DNA of 64,000 nt, taken from NCBI GenBank assembly GCA_046045965.1, contig JBJOKS010000014.1, forward strand, positions 32,001 through 96,000, given 5' to 3'. The notes under the pieces were generated by a model that did not search any database, was not told the origin of the DNA, and saw only the letters and a program-made list of their open reading frames with translations. Shown piece after piece: positions 10,449 to 22,169 of this stretch (its first letter is position 1; every line of letters begins with the position of its first letter). A program made the position numbers and the translations under genes. This DNA comes from Cyanobacteriota bacterium. GTDB lineage: Bacteria; Cyanobacteriota; Cyanobacteriia; Cyanobacteriales; Nostocaceae.

Positions 10449-11609
10449 ATGAAAATCACCAAAAACATCACCAATTGGCTAGAAACTCACGCTTCATCTC
10501 CTACCTATGGCGGATGGGTATTAACAGGCGTTGCTCTTTGTTATTTAGGCGCTGCTATCAATACGATGGCGGGATGGTTATATGTAATTAGTGGCGTATG
10601 TCTAGCTTTATTAGGTGTATCAATATTCTTAGCACCGCGATCGCTCAAAAATCTCGTTGTTAAACGCTCCCCGATTCCACCAGTCAGCGTTGGAGACGAA
10701 CTCAGCATAGAAATAGAAATCTATAATCCCACCCCAAAACCTGTAACCTTATTGCAAGTAGCCGATATCCTGCCCTTCATTTTAGGCAAACCAATCAAAA
10801 ATCCCATTGATACCATTGAAGCAAAAAATAGTTACCGTTGGCAATACTACCACCCCACCCAACGCCGGGGATTATACAGATGGGAAAAAGTAGAATTAGC
10901 TACAGGAGCGCCTTGGGGTTTATTTTGGTGTCGTCGTCAACGAGAAAGTAAAGCGATCGCCATAGTTTATCCCACAGTCTTACCCCTTACCAATTGTCCA
11001 TTGGTGGATGAAATTGGCCAAGACGACAGTCAAAGAAATGATCCCCGTGGTAAACCCTTACAATTAGCCACAACAGGATTAGTGCGATCGCTCCGTCCTT
11101 ACCGCATCGGTGATCCTACTCGTCTCATCCATTGGCGTACAAGCGCCCGTTACGGAGAATTACGAGTACGGGAATTAGAAATTATCACAGGTGGACAAGA
11201 AGTGATCATTGCCCTTGATAGTGCAGCCAAATGGGAAGAAGAGCAATTTGAGCAAGCTGTCACTGCTGCTGCATCCTTGTATTTTTACGCACAAAAACAA
11301 CAACTACAAGTACAACTTTGGACAGCAGCCACAGGTTTAGTCAAAGGAGATATTACCGTCCTGGAAACATTAGCCGCAACCAACCCTCTGGAAGAAGTGA
11401 ATACACTACCAGAGAACTACCCCTTAATTTGGCTAACCCAAAACCCCTTAACCCTATCTGACCTACCTCTGGGCAGTCGTTGGGTTTTATGGGAAAATGT
11501 AAACTCATCCTTAGAACAAATCGTAATCAATCGAGATTACCCTGGTATCATCCTCCAAAGCGAACAAGAACTGCAACTGCAACTGCAAAAACCATTAACT
11601 TCATTCTAG
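10449..11609 (+). CDS. DUF58 domain membrane protein
   Basis: N-terminal hydrophobic helices and LRPYRIGDPTRLIHWRTSAR. Confidence 0.9.
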   Translation: MKITKNITNWLETHASSPTYGGWVLTGVALCYLGAAINTMAGWLYVISGVCLALLGVSIFLAPRSLKNLVVKRSPIPPVSVGDELSIEIEIYNPTPKPVTLLQVADILPFILGKPIKNPIDTIEAKNSYRWQYYHPTQRRGLYRWEKVELATGAPWGLFWCRRQRESKAIAIVYPTVLPLTNCPLVDEIGQDDSQRNDPRGKPLQLATTGLVRSLRPYRIGDPTRLIHWRTSARYGELRVRELEIITGGQEVIIALDSAAKWEEEQFEQAVTAAASLYFYAQKQQLQVQLWTAATGLVKGDITVLETLAATNPLEEVNTLPENYPLIWLTQNPLTLSDLPLGSRWVLWENVNSSLEQIVINRDYPGIILQSEQELQLQLQKPLTSF

Positions 11610-11727
11610 GGAACAGAAATCAAAAATCAAAAACCAAAAACTCCTAACTCCTGCCTCCTGACTCCTGCCTCCTGACTCCTGCCTCCTGACTCCTTGCTGT
11701 TGTACAATGCAAAGAAATATTTAAATT

Positions 11728-12108
11728 ATGAACGCCGATCCCATGATCAAATCAGAAGTTAACACAATATCCAGCGATAAAAGCCTAGAGGCAATGCGGC
11801 ATTTTTCCGAACAATACGCCAAACGGACTGGAACATACTTCTGTTCTGAACCTTCCGTGACAGCAGTTGTCATCGAAGGTCTAGCCAAACATAAAGACGA
11901 CCTTGGAGCGCCTTTGTGTCCCTGCCGTCACTATGAAGATAAAGAAGCAGAAGTCAGCGCAGCCTATTGGAACTGTCCCTGCGTACCCATGCGAGAACGC
12001 AAAGAATGTCACTGTATGCTGTTTCTCACCAGTGACAACGAGTTTGCCGGCGAAAAACAAGAAATCTCCATCGAAACCATCAAAGAAGTGCGGGATAGCA
12101 TGGGATGA
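11728..12108 (+). CDS. ftrC: Ferredoxin-thioredoxin reductase catalytic subunit
   Basis: LCPCRHY, WNCPCVPM and ECHCMLF motifs. Confidence 0.95.
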   Translation: MNADPMIKSEVNTISSDKSLEAMRHFSEQYAKRTGTYFCSEPSVTAVVIEGLAKHKDDLGAPLCPCRHYEDKEAEVSAAYWNCPCVPMRERKECHCMLFLTSDNEFAGEKQEISIETIKEVRDSMG

Positions 12109-12503
12109 GTGAAAACCTACCCCTAGAGTTTTGGCAAGGAGTAGAACAGTTCAATTCTGGACAGTTCTACGCTTGTCATGATACCCTAGAAGCTCTGTGG
12201 ATTGAAGCAACAGAACCAGAAAAAAGTTTGTATCAAGGCATTCTGCAAATTGCTGTAGCCTTATATCATCTGGGTAATGGCAACCTCAGAGGAGCAATGA
12301 TATTATTGGGAGAAGGCAGTAATCGTCTGCGTCGTTACCCAGACAATGATTGTGGTATCAACGTAGAACAATTACTACTTGAGAGTGTGGAATTTTTAAA
12401 GGCACTCCAACAAACAGAACCAGAAAAAATTGCCAATGGTGATTTGGGTAAAATAGCAGCCTTGCCTTTACCCATGATTTCAATTATGAAAGAACAGAAG
12501 TAA
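12105..12503 (+). CDS. DUF309 family protein
   Basis: FYACHDTLEALW and YQGILQIAVALYH. Confidence 0.9.
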   Translation: MSENLPLEFWQGVEQFNSGQFYACHDTLEALWIEATEPEKSLYQGILQIAVALYHLGNGNLRGAMILLGEGSNRLRRYPDNDCGINVEQLLLESVEFLKALQQTEPEKIANGDLGKIAALPLPMISIMKEQK

Positions 12504-12604
12504 AGAAACCTTCAGGTGCAGGAAACCGTCAAGCCTCCAAGGTGGTTAAGACCTCAACAGATGATAAAACTTAGACACAAATAGGCTTTTAACTCTGTCA
12601 CCCT

Positions 12605-12680
12605 ATGGCTAACGCCACGCTCCGCGAACGGGTTCGTCAGTTGCTCATGGGGAAACCCCCAAGACCGCGCTGACTCACCT
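12605..12680. repeat. Nested small dispersed repeats (SDR-like)
   Basis: Two-hairpin element at 12605-12629 next to a GGGGAAACCCC hairpin element. Confidence 0.6.
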
Positions 12681-12720
12681 GTCACCTGCTATCACCTGAA
12701 AACTTCTATCACCAATTGCT

Positions 12721-13218
12721 ATGATACCTCCCTATACATTGCAAAAATCACAAATGCGCCGTCTAGGATTAGCTCTAATGCTCCCTGTAGCCCTCTTGGG
12801 TACAGTTTCACTTTCTAACCAACTTCCCGCCGCTACAGCCCAATCTTCTGGGGGAAATCGCCCACTGACTATTCGTTCTGATGTGCAGGAATATGATGCT
12901 AAAAGTCAAGTAATTACTGCCCGTGGTAATGTGCAGATGTTGTATCCTGCTCGTCAGTTACAAGCAACCGCAGCCCAAGCACAATACTTTAGCAAAGAAC
13001 GCAGGATTGATTTCAGCGGCAACGTCTATATTTTACAACAAGGTAATAACAGTATCAGGGCTGAGAAAGTCACTTATTTGATTGACGAAGGGCGATTTAT
13101 AGCCTTACCCCAGTCTAATCGTCAAGTAGAATCTATTTACATGATTGATGACGGTGATGTGAGTGGACAAACGGCCAGACCAGCTCCCAAAACACCCGCC
13201 CTCAAGCGTTCTAATTAG
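12721..13218 (+). CDS. lptA: LptA/OstA family LPS transport protein
   Basis: Signal peptide, TARGNV and FSGNVYI repeats; upstream of lptB. Confidence 0.8.
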   Translation: MIPPYTLQKSQMRRLGLALMLPVALLGTVSLSNQLPAATAQSSGGNRPLTIRSDVQEYDAKSQVITARGNVQMLYPARQLQATAAQAQYFSKERRIDFSGNVYILQQGNNSIRAEKVTYLIDEGRFIALPQSNRQVESIYMIDDGDVSGQTARPAPKTPALKRSN

Positions 13219-13244
13219 CATCCATTACCACAAAAACGCGAATA

Positions 13245-13973
13245 GTGAAAATTGTTTTAGAAAATATTCACAAATCTTACGGCAAGCGAGTAATTGTCAA
13301 TCGCGTTAACCTTTCTGTAGCTCAAGGAGAAATTGTCGGTTTACTCGGACCCAATGGTGCTGGTAAAACCACAACATTTTATATTGCCACAGGCTTAGAA
13401 AAACCCAACCAGGGTAAAGTGTGGTTGGATAATTTAGATATTACAGGAATGCCAATGCACAAAAGAGCTAGATTAGGTATTGGCTATCTAGCTCAGGAAG
13501 CAAGTGTGTTTCGTCAACTCTCCGTGATAGATAATATTCTTTTAGTCCTGGAACAAACTCATGTACCACGCAGAGAGTGGTCAAGAAGACTGAATGACTT
13601 ACTAGGTGAGTTTCGCTTAGAAAAAGTTGCCAATAGTAAAGGTATTCAGCTTTCTGGAGGTGAAAGACGACGGACAGAGTTAGCCAGGGCTTTGGCCGCA
13701 GGAAGAGAAGGACCAAAATTTTTATTTTTGGATGAACCCTTTGCGGGAGTTGATCCCATCGCAGTTTCGGAAATTCAGCAAATTGTAGCACAATTGCGCG
13801 ATCGCGGCATGGGCATTTTAATCACAGATCACAACGTCCGCGAAACCCTAGCTATTACTGATCGTGCTTACATCATGCGCGAAGGACAAATTCTCGCTTT
13901 TGGTAATGCCGATGAACTTTATAATAACCCACTGGTACGGCAATATTATTTAGGTGATAGCTTTTCCGCTTAA
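13245..13973 (+). CDS. lptB: LPS export ABC transporter ATP-binding protein
   Basis: GPNGAGKT, LSGGERRR, DEPFAGVDP and ITDHNVRETL. Confidence 0.95.
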   Translation: MKIVLENIHKSYGKRVIVNRVNLSVAQGEIVGLLGPNGAGKTTTFYIATGLEKPNQGKVWLDNLDITGMPMHKRARLGIGYLAQEASVFRQLSVIDNILLVLEQTHVPRREWSRRLNDLLGEFRLEKVANSKGIQLSGGERRRTELARALAAGREGPKFLFLDEPFAGVDPIAVSEIQQIVAQLRDRGMGILITDHNVRETLAITDRAYIMREGQILAFGNADELYNNPLVRQYYLGDSFSA

Positions 13974-14030
13974 AAAATGGCAATAGGCAAAAGTGTTTTA
14001 ATTTTTAATTTCTAATTTTTAATTTGTACT

Positions 14031-15206
14031 ATGGTATCTAAGCAGATTAAATCTTTCTACACTTTCGGTTCACTTATGCCTTTTTCCATCATGGATCGCT
14101 ATTTGGCTATGCAGTTACTCCCGCTTTTTTTATTCGGGGTGGGGGCTTTTACTTCTGTAGTCTTAGCAATTGATAGCTTATTTGAATTATTGCGAAAAGT
14201 GGTAGAATCTGGACTACCAATTAACATTGCTCTCAAAGTTTTTGTCTTAAAATTGCCTTATGTAATGGTTTATTCCTTCCCCATGTCCACCTTACTAGCT
14301 ACCTTAATGACTTACAGCAAGTTATCTAGTGAAAGTGAACTAATTGCTTTACGTGGTTGCGGTGTAAGTGTTTATCGCCTGGTATTCACTGCTGTATTAT
14401 TAAGTAGTTTAGTCACAGGAATGACCTATATTTTTAATGAACAAATTGCCCCAGCCGCAAATTATGAAGCCACTCGTACCTTAGAACAAGCACTGAAATC
14501 GGATCAACCATCATTTAAACAACAAAATATCTACTATCCTGAATATCGGGAAGTTAAAGCAGCAGATGGTAGCACAAATAAATTACTTTCTCGTTTGTTT
14601 TATGCTGATCAATTTGATGGCAGACAAATGAAAGGATTAACAATTATTGACCGTTCTAGAGAAGGACTAAATCAAATTTTAGTCTCAGAATCTGCCCAGT
14701 GGAATCCTTCCCAACAAGTTTGGGATTTTTATAATGGTACAATATACTTAGTTGCTCCTGACCGTTCCTATCGGAACATTTTGCGCTTTGAACATCAACA
14801 ATTGCAACTACCACGCACGCCTTTAAATTTAGCAGAAAATAGCCGAGATTATGGGGAAATGAATATTTCCCAAGCTTTACAACAATTAGAAGTAGAACGA
14901 TTGGCTGGAAATCCTCAAAAAATTAAAAAGTTAGAAGTACGAATTCAACAAAAAATTGCCTTTCCTTTTGTTTGTATTATTTTTGGTTTAGTTGGTTCGG
15001 CGATGGGAACCATACCTCAACGTACTGGAAAAGGTACGAGTTTTGGGATTAGTGTCATAGTTATTTTCAGTTATTACTTATTATTATCAGTTTCAGGGGC
15101 TTTAGCACAGGCTGATATTATTTCTCCCGTAGTAGGTGCTTGGTTGCCTAATTTGTTTGGTTTGGGAACAGGTATATTTCTTTTGATGCGAGTTGCCCAA
15201 AGGTAA
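14031..15206 (+). CDS. LptF/LptG family permease
   Basis: MDRYL, SELIALRGCGVS and AWLPN motifs; multiple TM helices. Confidence 0.9.
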   Translation: MVSKQIKSFYTFGSLMPFSIMDRYLAMQLLPLFLFGVGAFTSVVLAIDSLFELLRKVVESGLPINIALKVFVLKLPYVMVYSFPMSTLLATLMTYSKLSSESELIALRGCGVSVYRLVFTAVLLSSLVTGMTYIFNEQIAPAANYEATRTLEQALKSDQPSFKQQNIYYPEYREVKAADGSTNKLLSRLFYADQFDGRQMKGLTIIDRSREGLNQILVSESAQWNPSQQVWDFYNGTIYLVAPDRSYRNILRFEHQQLQLPRTPLNLAENSRDYGEMNISQALQQLEVERLAGNPQKIKKLEVRIQQKIAFPFVCIIFGLVGSAMGTIPQRTGKGTSFGISVIVIFSYYLLLSVSGALAQADIISPVVGAWLPNLFGLGTGIFLLMRVAQR

Positions 15207-15481
15207 ATAAATCTTCATATCTATAGGAGTCATATTTGATTCTTGAAAAATACTCCGTACACTTTCCCTGTTACCTTGTAAAACTTTAAGTGAACATACT
15301 TAATACATAGAGTTTTTATTAATTTACTTCAGTGAAAGTATTGGTAAACATAAAGTTTTCAATAATTTTACTGTATGAGTCATAACTAATCATATTTGAA
15401 AGTTTAGGATGAGATCACGATTACCTAGATTCAACATAGGATTCGGTTTTCCCCATTTCTACCTATTCAATTTACCAAGTT

Positions 15482-16531
15482 ATGCCAGAACGCAACTATC
15501 CCCCTGCTTATTTACGCTATCTCAAACCCAGGTTCTCAAATTTCTTGCGGCCTAGTTTTTGGGGAACAGGAATTTTTTTAGTGCTTGTAGGACTCGTGAT
15601 TTGGCAATCTTGGTTCAATCCTGAGTTTTTGGCTCAAAGTGAAAATAAAGAAACTGCTCAAGAAGTAGTCACTCCCAAAACTACTGAGGAAACTACTGAG
15701 GAAACAACAATTTCTGATGAAGATAAAGCGATCGCTGCTGATCTTGATAATATACCGAGTTTGTTAGGTGATTTTGCACAAGCAACTATATCTGTACCCA
15801 TAAGAACATTGCAAACCAACACTCAGGCAAATAATAGCGAAACGTTTTTAGAAGATATAATTAATAAACGAAATACTGCTATTAATCAAGCTAAATCAAA
15901 TCCTGAATTGGGGATAGTTAATCAACTTCCTGGGGTAAATGCAAAAAATCCCTTTGTGGTGCAAGCTAAAAACATATTGCAGCCAAATATGGGTAATAAA
16001 GGAAATCAGCTAGGTATTAATAATATTAATACTTTAGCTACATCTTCCGAAACAACAAATCCACAAACTGCTGCTAATTTAGGGATAGGATTAAATAATC
16101 AAAACCATCAAAATACTGTTGTTATCAGTCCTTTAGAAGTCGCTATTCAAAAATCAAGTTCTACAACTCAAATCAATTCTTTAGGTAGCAATGGAGGAGT
16201 AAGACCTATTTCTGCTCCTCACAGTTTACCTTCTAATTCAGGTATAGGTTATATTCAACCAACTGTAACAAATGTGCAGCCAACTTATTATAGTAATTTT
16301 CATGGCATTCAGACCACACCAAATGTAGGAATACCAACTAATAGAGTTTATGGTGTACCTAATAATCCTTATTCTGTTCAGCCTCCAATTCAAGGTGTTG
16401 TTAACTCAAATACTCCCATAGAATATAGAAATTATGGTAATTATACTGTACAACAGCCTGGTCAATTACCGCAATCTAATTTATCTAATCCTGGACAGGT
16501 ACAACAGGGAAACAATGGGTTTGGGAGGTAG
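15482..16531 (+). CDS. Hypothetical membrane-anchored N/Q/P-rich protein
   Basis: 349-aa ORF with one N-terminal TM segment and a low-complexity tail. Confidence 0.7.
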   Translation: MPERNYPPAYLRYLKPRFSNFLRPSFWGTGIFLVLVGLVIWQSWFNPEFLAQSENKETAQEVVTPKTTEETTEETTISDEDKAIAADLDNIPSLLGDFAQATISVPIRTLQTNTQANNSETFLEDIINKRNTAINQAKSNPELGIVNQLPGVNAKNPFVVQAKNILQPNMGNKGNQLGINNINTLATSSETTNPQTAANLGIGLNNQNHQNTVVISPLEVAIQKSSSTTQINSLGSNGGVRPISAPHSLPSNSGIGYIQPTVTNVQPTYYSNFHGIQTTPNVGIPTNRVYGVPNNPYSVQPPIQGVVNSNTPIEYRNYGNYTVQQPGQLPQSNLSNPGQVQQGNNGFGR

Positions 16532-16772
16532 TTTTTTAGGACTTATGCACGATGTTATAGAAAAGGGAAAAGGGAACAGGGAACAGGGAACAGATAAGAA
16601 ACAAAAGTTTCTGAGTTTAAAGCTCAGTCAAAAAAAAGATGTTTTTAAAAGATGCATAGCACGAAAAAAACAGTGTCATTATTTCAATCTCATGTTTTTA
16701 AACATGAGTTTTTTCTGTTAAGAGTTGCCCGTTAAGAGTTCCCTCTGAATAAAACCATCTTTTTTAATGCCT

Positions 16773-16796
16773 AAAAAAAGGTGGGAAATTCCCACC
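16773..16796 (-). terminator. Rho-independent terminator of mfd
   Basis: GGTGGGA/TCCCACC stem with a 7-A run on the plus strand. Confidence 0.65.
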
Positions 16797-16807
16797 CTAC
16801 TACTAAA

Positions 16808-19800
16808 TCAAACTAAAGCTGCTTCAGGAATAGCACCTTGCATTTTCCCGAAAGTATCAATTAAAGTTTGCAATTGTTGTTCCGCTTTAAACACTCCCAA
16901 ACCTCTTGCTGTTACCTTTCCCGGAGAATAAACAAAACGAGAACGCATAGTTTCAGTTAAATTTTCTGCTAACAAATTCCAAGCGGGTTCTTCCATTGGT
17001 GTTTCTAAAACAATATGCTGTTTATTCTCTGGTTTAATACGACTAAAGCCGAGATTTTTCGCTAATTGTTTTAATTCCATGACTCGCAAAAGTTGATTTG
17101 CAGGAACGGGAATAGTACCATATCTATCAGTCCATTCGGCAGCAATTTGTTTTAATTCATATTTTGATTTTGCAGTTGCGACAGCACGATAAGCACTCAT
17201 CTTTTGGTCAATATCGGTAATGTATGTAGAAGGAATAAACGCGGTGAGATTCAAGTCTACTTGAGTATCATCAACCTTGGGTATTTCTTGACCTCTAATT
17301 TCGCGAATTGCTTCTTCTAACATTTCCATGTACAAATCAAATCCTATCGCATCCATTTGACCAGATTGTTCTGCACCAAGCAAGTTACCCACACCACGAA
17401 TTTCCATATCTCGCATTGCTAATTGATAACCAGAACCGAGTTGGGTAAATTCTTGAATTGCTCTTAATCTTTGTCTAGCTGCATCCGATAATTCCCGCTG
17501 TTTAGGGTAAAATAACCAAGCATGAGCTTGGATTCCTGCACGTCCTACCCGTCCCCGTAATTGATATAATTGAGATAAACCAAAACGGTGAGCATCTTCA
17601 ATTAAAATTGTGTTAACTCGCGGAATATCTAAACCAGATTCAATAATTGTTGTACAAACTAAGATATCTGCGTCATGATTTCCGAAAGTCAGCATAGTTG
17701 ATTCTAACTCACTTTCATCCATTTGACCGTGGGCGATCGCAAATCTTCCCCCTGGTATCATTTCCCGTAAATTTGCAGTGGTTTCTTCAATTCCTTCAAC
17801 TCGTGGAACTACATAAAAAACCTGTCCACCCCGATCTAATTCTTGCCGAATTGCACTTCTGACAATTTCTGAGTTTAAAGGTGCAAGATGGGTTTGAATT
17901 GGTCTTCTGGTTGGAGGTGGTGTGGTAATTAAACTCATTTCCCGAATTCCCGATAAAGACATATACAAAGTTCTGGGAATGGGAGTTGCTGACAAAGTTA
18001 ACACATCAACTTGAGTTTTTAAGCTTTTAATTTTTTCCTTTTGGTTGACACCAAATCTTTGTTCTTCGTCAATTACCAAAAGTCCTAAATCTCGAAATTG
18101 TACACCTTTACCTAATAATTGATGTGTTCCCACAACTATATCTAATTCTCCAGTTGCTAAACGTTTTTGAATGTTGCGTTTTTCTTCCGCACTGCGAAAA
18201 CGGTTGAGTAAACCTACATTCACAGGATAAGGTGCAAAACGTTCTTTAATTGTGTGATAATGTTGTTGAGTTAAAATCGTCGTTGGTGCTAAAAGTGCCA
18301 CTTGTTTACCTGCGGTGACAGCTTTAAAAATAGCGCGAATTGCCACTTCCGTTTTTCCAAAACCCACATCACCACAAACTAACCGATCCATCGGTCTTTC
18401 ACTTTCCATATCCCGCTTGACATCTTGCACCGCTTTTAGCTGATCTGTGGTAGGTTGATAAGGGAAAGAATCTTCCATTTCTTCCTGCCAAGGCATATCC
18501 TGGGGATAGGAAAAACCCTGTTGTTGAGAACGTGCAGCATACAACTTTAACAAGTCTACCGCTAATTTTTTAATTGCTTTACGGACTTTATTCTTAGTAT
18601 TATCCCACGCTTTACCCGTCATTTTATGCAGTGCTGGAGCTTGATCTCCACTAGTTCTAAACCGAGACAAAGAACCAACTTGATCTGCTGCAACTCTCAG
18701 CACACCATCAGCATATTGAATCACTAAATAATCACGGGTTTCGTTGTTAATTGTCAAACTTTCTAATTTGACAAATTTACCAATTCCATGACTACGATGA
18801 ACAACAAAATCCCCTGGTCGTAATTTATTGGGATCAACTTGTTTAGAAGTAGCTTTGCGACGTTTGCGGATATAGCCAAAATTAGCTAAAGAATGTTGTC
18901 CGTAAAATTCGCGGTCGGTGACAATTACAAGACGGAAAGAAGGTAAAATGAAACCTTCTAATTCTGCTAAACCGGAATATTTGAGCGCAACTGGTGTATG
19001 ATTAATTTGCAGTTTATCAATAGCTTGATAATCACGAGGATTTGGGATAAACTGAGCAGGACAATCGTGTTCTTGTAAGAGAGAAACAGAACGGGAAGGT
19101 TGGGCAGAAATTAGCCAAACTGCAAATTTACGTTCTCTTTCTTGTCTAATTGTTTCCGCTAACTTAGCAAATTGATGAGGTGTAACAGGTAAAGGTCTAC
19201 TAGCTAAATTGGTACCGCTATTTTCTTCAGCTAATTCCGATAAATATAACTTCTTAAAATTCCCAACTTCAGCTAAACATTCATCAAAATTTCTGTGAAT
19301 TTTTGGTAATGAAACTGATAACTGATCACTGATAACTGACCACTGTTCATCAGCATTTTCCACCCAGCGATCGCTATGAGCATGACATTGTTCTACCTCA
19401 TCAATAGCAATGAGGGAATTTGCTGGTAAATAATCTAAAATTGAAGCAGGTTTTGTAAAAGCTAAACCGAGAAAACGTCTACTACCTTCTAATCCTGAAT
19501 TTTCTATTTCTTCTGAATTTAACTCTAATTGGGAACTCAACCGCAAAAATTCAGAATTGTCTTTTAATGCTGATAAAACAATAGGTGCAAAACTAGTAGG
19601 AGTCAGGGATATTTGATTAACTTTATCTAAAGCAGAACGCTGAGTAGCGGGGTCAAATTCCCGAATTTGTTCGATGTCATCCCCAAACCATTCCAAGCGC
19701 ACTGGTAACTCAGAAGAAACGGGAAACACATCCACAATATCCCCTCTTCTACTCCATTGTCCTTCAGTTTCCACCAGGGGAACTCGTTCATATCCCAGAG

Positions 19801-20287
19801 TTGTAATTTTTTCGCTGAACTCATCTAAATCGTATTCCATCCCCTTTTTTAAAGAAAGACAAAAAGATTTAAAGACCTCTGGGGGTGGTAAATGTGGTTG
19901 TAGCGCCCCTACAGTAGCAATAATGGCTGTATTTTTCTCAGGTGAAGGACCATTGACCAAATCCGCCAAAACCTGCATTTGACCCCAATTTAACTCAGTT
20001 TCAGGGTCAAAAGGTTCGTAAGGAGAAGCTTCCGAAGTAGGGTAAAAATGTACAGTATTCCATCCCATCGCTTCCATTTGGGCATAAACCCGGCCAGCTT
20101 CTTCCAGAGTGGCACAGATCACGCATAAATCCCTACCCTCATTGTTGGCCAAAGCTGAAGCTACCAAACCCTTGGGTAAGCGGGAAATGCCATTTAACCG
20201 CAATTCTTGGTGTTTGTTGAGTTTGGTATTGAGTTCTGCGGTGAGTGGCGATCGCGCCAAGGCACGTACAATAGAAGAAAAAGCCAT
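16808..20287 (-). CDS. mfd: Transcription-repair coupling factor
   Basis: [26 protein letters not shown] and the TRG motif. Confidence 0.97.
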   Translation of the reverse strand: MAFSSIVRALARSPLTAELNTKLNKHQELRLNGISRLPKGLVASALANNEGRDLCVICATLEEAGRVYAQMEAMGWNTVHFYPTSEASPYEPFDPETELNWGQMQVLADLVNGPSPEKNTAIIATVGALQPHLPPPEVFKSFCLSLKKGMEYDLDEFSEKITTLGYERVPLVETEGQWSRRGDIVDVFPVSSELPVRLEWFGDDIEQIREFDPATQRSALDKVNQISLTPTSFAPIVLSALKDNSEFLRLSSQLELNSEEIENSGLEGSRRFLGLAFTKPASILDYLPANSLIAIDEVEQCHAHSDRWVENADEQWSVISDQLSVSLPKIHRNFDECLAEVGNFKKLYLSELAEENSGTNLASRPLPVTPHQFAKLAETIRQERERKFAVWLISAQPSRSVSLLQEHDCPAQFIPNPRDYQAIDKLQINHTPVALKYSGLAELEGFILPSFRLVIVTDREFYGQHSLANFGYIRKRRKATSKQVDPNKLRPGDFVVHRSHGIGKFVKLESLTINNETRDYLVIQYADGVLRVAADQVGSLSRFRTSGDQAPALHKMTGKAWDNTKNKVRKAIKKLAVDLLKLYAARSQQQGFSYPQDMPWQEEMEDSFPYQPTTDQLKAVQDVKRDMESERPMDRLVCGDVGFGKTEVAIRAIFKAVTAGKQVALLAPTTILTQQHYHTIKERFAPYPVNVGLLNRFRSAEEKRNIQKRLATGELDIVVGTHQLLGKGVQFRDLGLLVIDEEQRFGVNQKEKIKSLKTQVDVLTLSATPIPRTLYMSLSGIREMSLITTPPPTRRPIQTHLAPLNSEIVRSAIRQELDRGGQVFYVVPRVEGIEETTANLREMIPGGRFAIAHGQMDESELESTMLTFGNHDADILVCTTIIESGLDIPRVNTILIEDAHRFGLSQLYQLRGRVGRAGIQAHAWLFYPKQRELSDAARQRLRAIQEFTQLGSGYQLAMRDMEIRGVGNLLGAEQSGQMDAIGFDLYMEMLEEAIREIRGQEIPKVDDTQVDLNLTAFIPSTYITDIDQKMSAYRAVATAKSKYELKQIAAEWTDRYGTIPVPANQLLRVMELKQLAKNLGFSRIKPENKQHIVLETPMEEPAWNLLAENLTETMRSRFVYSPGKVTARGLGVFKAEQQLQTLIDTFGKMQGAIPEAALV

Positions 20288-20357
20288 AATTGTTACTAGA
20301 GTAAGAAGTCCGCAAAAGTGGGAAAATTTAGATTGTAGTTATATATCAACTATTTTA

Positions 20358-20470
<113 letters not shown>

Positions 20471-20475
20471 ATAAA

Positions 20476-21786
20476 ATGTCATCTATCACTATTGAAATTT
20501 TAATCATTTTGGCGCTAATCTTTGCCAACGGTGTATTTTCCATGTCCGAGATGGCCATAGTTTCCGCACGAAAAGTCAGATTACAGCAGTTAGCGAACCA
20601 AGGCAACCTCAACGCCCAAGCTGCATTACAACTGGCAGAGTCTCCCAATCATTTTTTGTCTCTTGTCCAAGTAGGGATTACACTGATCAATATTCTCAAT
20701 GGTGTTTTCGGTGGTGCTACCATTGCCCAAAGGCTAGAGAAGTATGTTCAGCTGGTTCCATTTTTGGCAGACTATAGCCAACCTATCGCTTTTGGTGTGG
20801 TTGTTTTAGTCATCACCTATTTGTCACTGATTATTGGTGAACTCGTACCCAAGCGGTTAGCATTAAACAAACCAGAACGAATTGCTGCATCTGTGGCTAT
20901 TCCTATGCGGGCTTTAGCTACTTTAGCTTCCCCAGTGGTACATCTTTTAAGTTTATCCACAGAAACAGTTTTGCGAATTTTGGGAATTACTCCTTCCGAT
21001 GAACCCCAAGTTACAGAAGAAGAAATTAAAATTTTAATCGAACAAGGAACAGAAGCGGGAACTTTTGAGGAAGCCGAACAGGACATGGTAGAAAGGGTTT
21101 TCCGGTTAGGCGATCGCCCTGTGAGTTCCTTAATGACACCCCGCCCTGATATTGTTTGGTTAGACTTGGAAGACTCCCCAGAAGAAAACCGCCAGAAAAT
21201 GTCCGCAAGTTCCTATTCTCGCTATCCCGTGTGTCAAGAGGGACTTGATCATGTTTTGGGTGTCATTCCTGTGACTGATTTATTAGCCAGGAGTTTACGC
21301 AATGAACCTTTTGATTTAACAATAGGATTACGTCAACCGATATTTGTCCCTGAAAGCACCAGAGGTTTAAAAGTTTTAGAGTTATTTAAACAAACTATCA
21401 CTCACATGGCGTTAGTAGTTGATGAATATGGAGTCATTCAAGGATTAGTCACGCTCAATGATATTATGGGTGAAATTGTTGGTGATGTTCCCGCACAACC
21501 AGGACAGGAAGAACCCCAAGCAGTGCAAAGAGAAGATGGTTCTTGGTTAGTAGATGGGATGTTACCCGTGGAAGAGTTTTTTGAACTTTTTGGTTTAGAA
21601 GAAATTGATGTTGAAGAAATAGGAAGTTTTCAAACTTTGGGTGGTTTAGTGATTACTCATTTAGGACGTATTCCTTCAGCAGCAGATCATTTTGAATGGG
21701 AAGGTATGAGAATTGAAGTCATGGATATGGATGGAAATAGAGTTGATAAAGTTTTGGTTGTACCCAAGGTAATTACTGGACTTTAG
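20476..21786 (+). CDS. Hemolysin/CNNM family protein (DUF21-CBS-CorC)
   Basis: FSMSEMAIVS, GELVPK, YSRYPV and VVDEYG motifs. Confidence 0.92.
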   Translation: MSSITIEILIILALIFANGVFSMSEMAIVSARKVRLQQLANQGNLNAQAALQLAESPNHFLSLVQVGITLINILNGVFGGATIAQRLEKYVQLVPFLADYSQPIAFGVVVLVITYLSLIIGELVPKRLALNKPERIAASVAIPMRALATLASPVVHLLSLSTETVLRILGITPSDEPQVTEEEIKILIEQGTEAGTFEEAEQDMVERVFRLGDRPVSSLMTPRPDIVWLDLEDSPEENRQKMSASSYSRYPVCQEGLDHVLGVIPVTDLLARSLRNEPFDLTIGLRQPIFVPESTRGLKVLELFKQTITHMALVVDEYGVIQGLVTLNDIMGEIVGDVPAQPGQEEPQAVQREDGSWLVDGMLPVEEFFELFGLEEIDVEEIGSFQTLGGLVITHLGRIPSAADHFEWEGMRIEVMDMDGNRVDKVLVVPKVITGL

Positions 21787-22070
21787 ACTAAAAGCACAAA
21801 ATGACTCAGGGAAGCTGAGTTGAAAAAAAAGCAAAGTAAAAAATTCAAAAATGAGAAATTAAGCAGGTTTTGGCTGGGCTTTACGTGAAGGTGAAGTACG
21901 CTTTTTAACGATGGGATAGCGAATTATACGACGAAAATGCTTTTTTGTCCATAGACGAATCCTCACCCTACCCAGTTTGCTATCTTCTTGTTCAATAGTT
22001 TGTTCTTTTTTTGCTGTCTCTCGATTTACTGACTATTTACCGATCGCTCTTCTTTTAGTCTAAAGTCTAG
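21776..22070 (-). mobile_element. Internally deleted IS remnant/MITE (295 bp)
   Basis: 19-bp terminal inverted repeats (18/19 match) CTGGACTTTAGACTAAAAG / CTTTTAGTCTAAAGTCTAG; TTA on both flanks; transposase-like peptide fragment on the minus strand. Confidence 0.8.
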
Positions 22071-22169
22071 TTAGAAATAATAGGTAAAATTGTAATGTAG
22101 CACCAAACCCTTGATAGTGGTGCGTTACATGACGCACCCTAAAAAATTCAGTTGCAAAGGTTTTATCTG

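Noticed and set aside
16537..16770. Possible MITE starting TAGGACTTATGCA
   Set aside because: No matching right end or target-site duplication found; at most a remnant
22035..22048. TTTACCGATCGCT identical to part of the CRISPR repeat
   Set aside because: Short HIP1-like match inside the IS remnant; the 3' half of the repeat is absent
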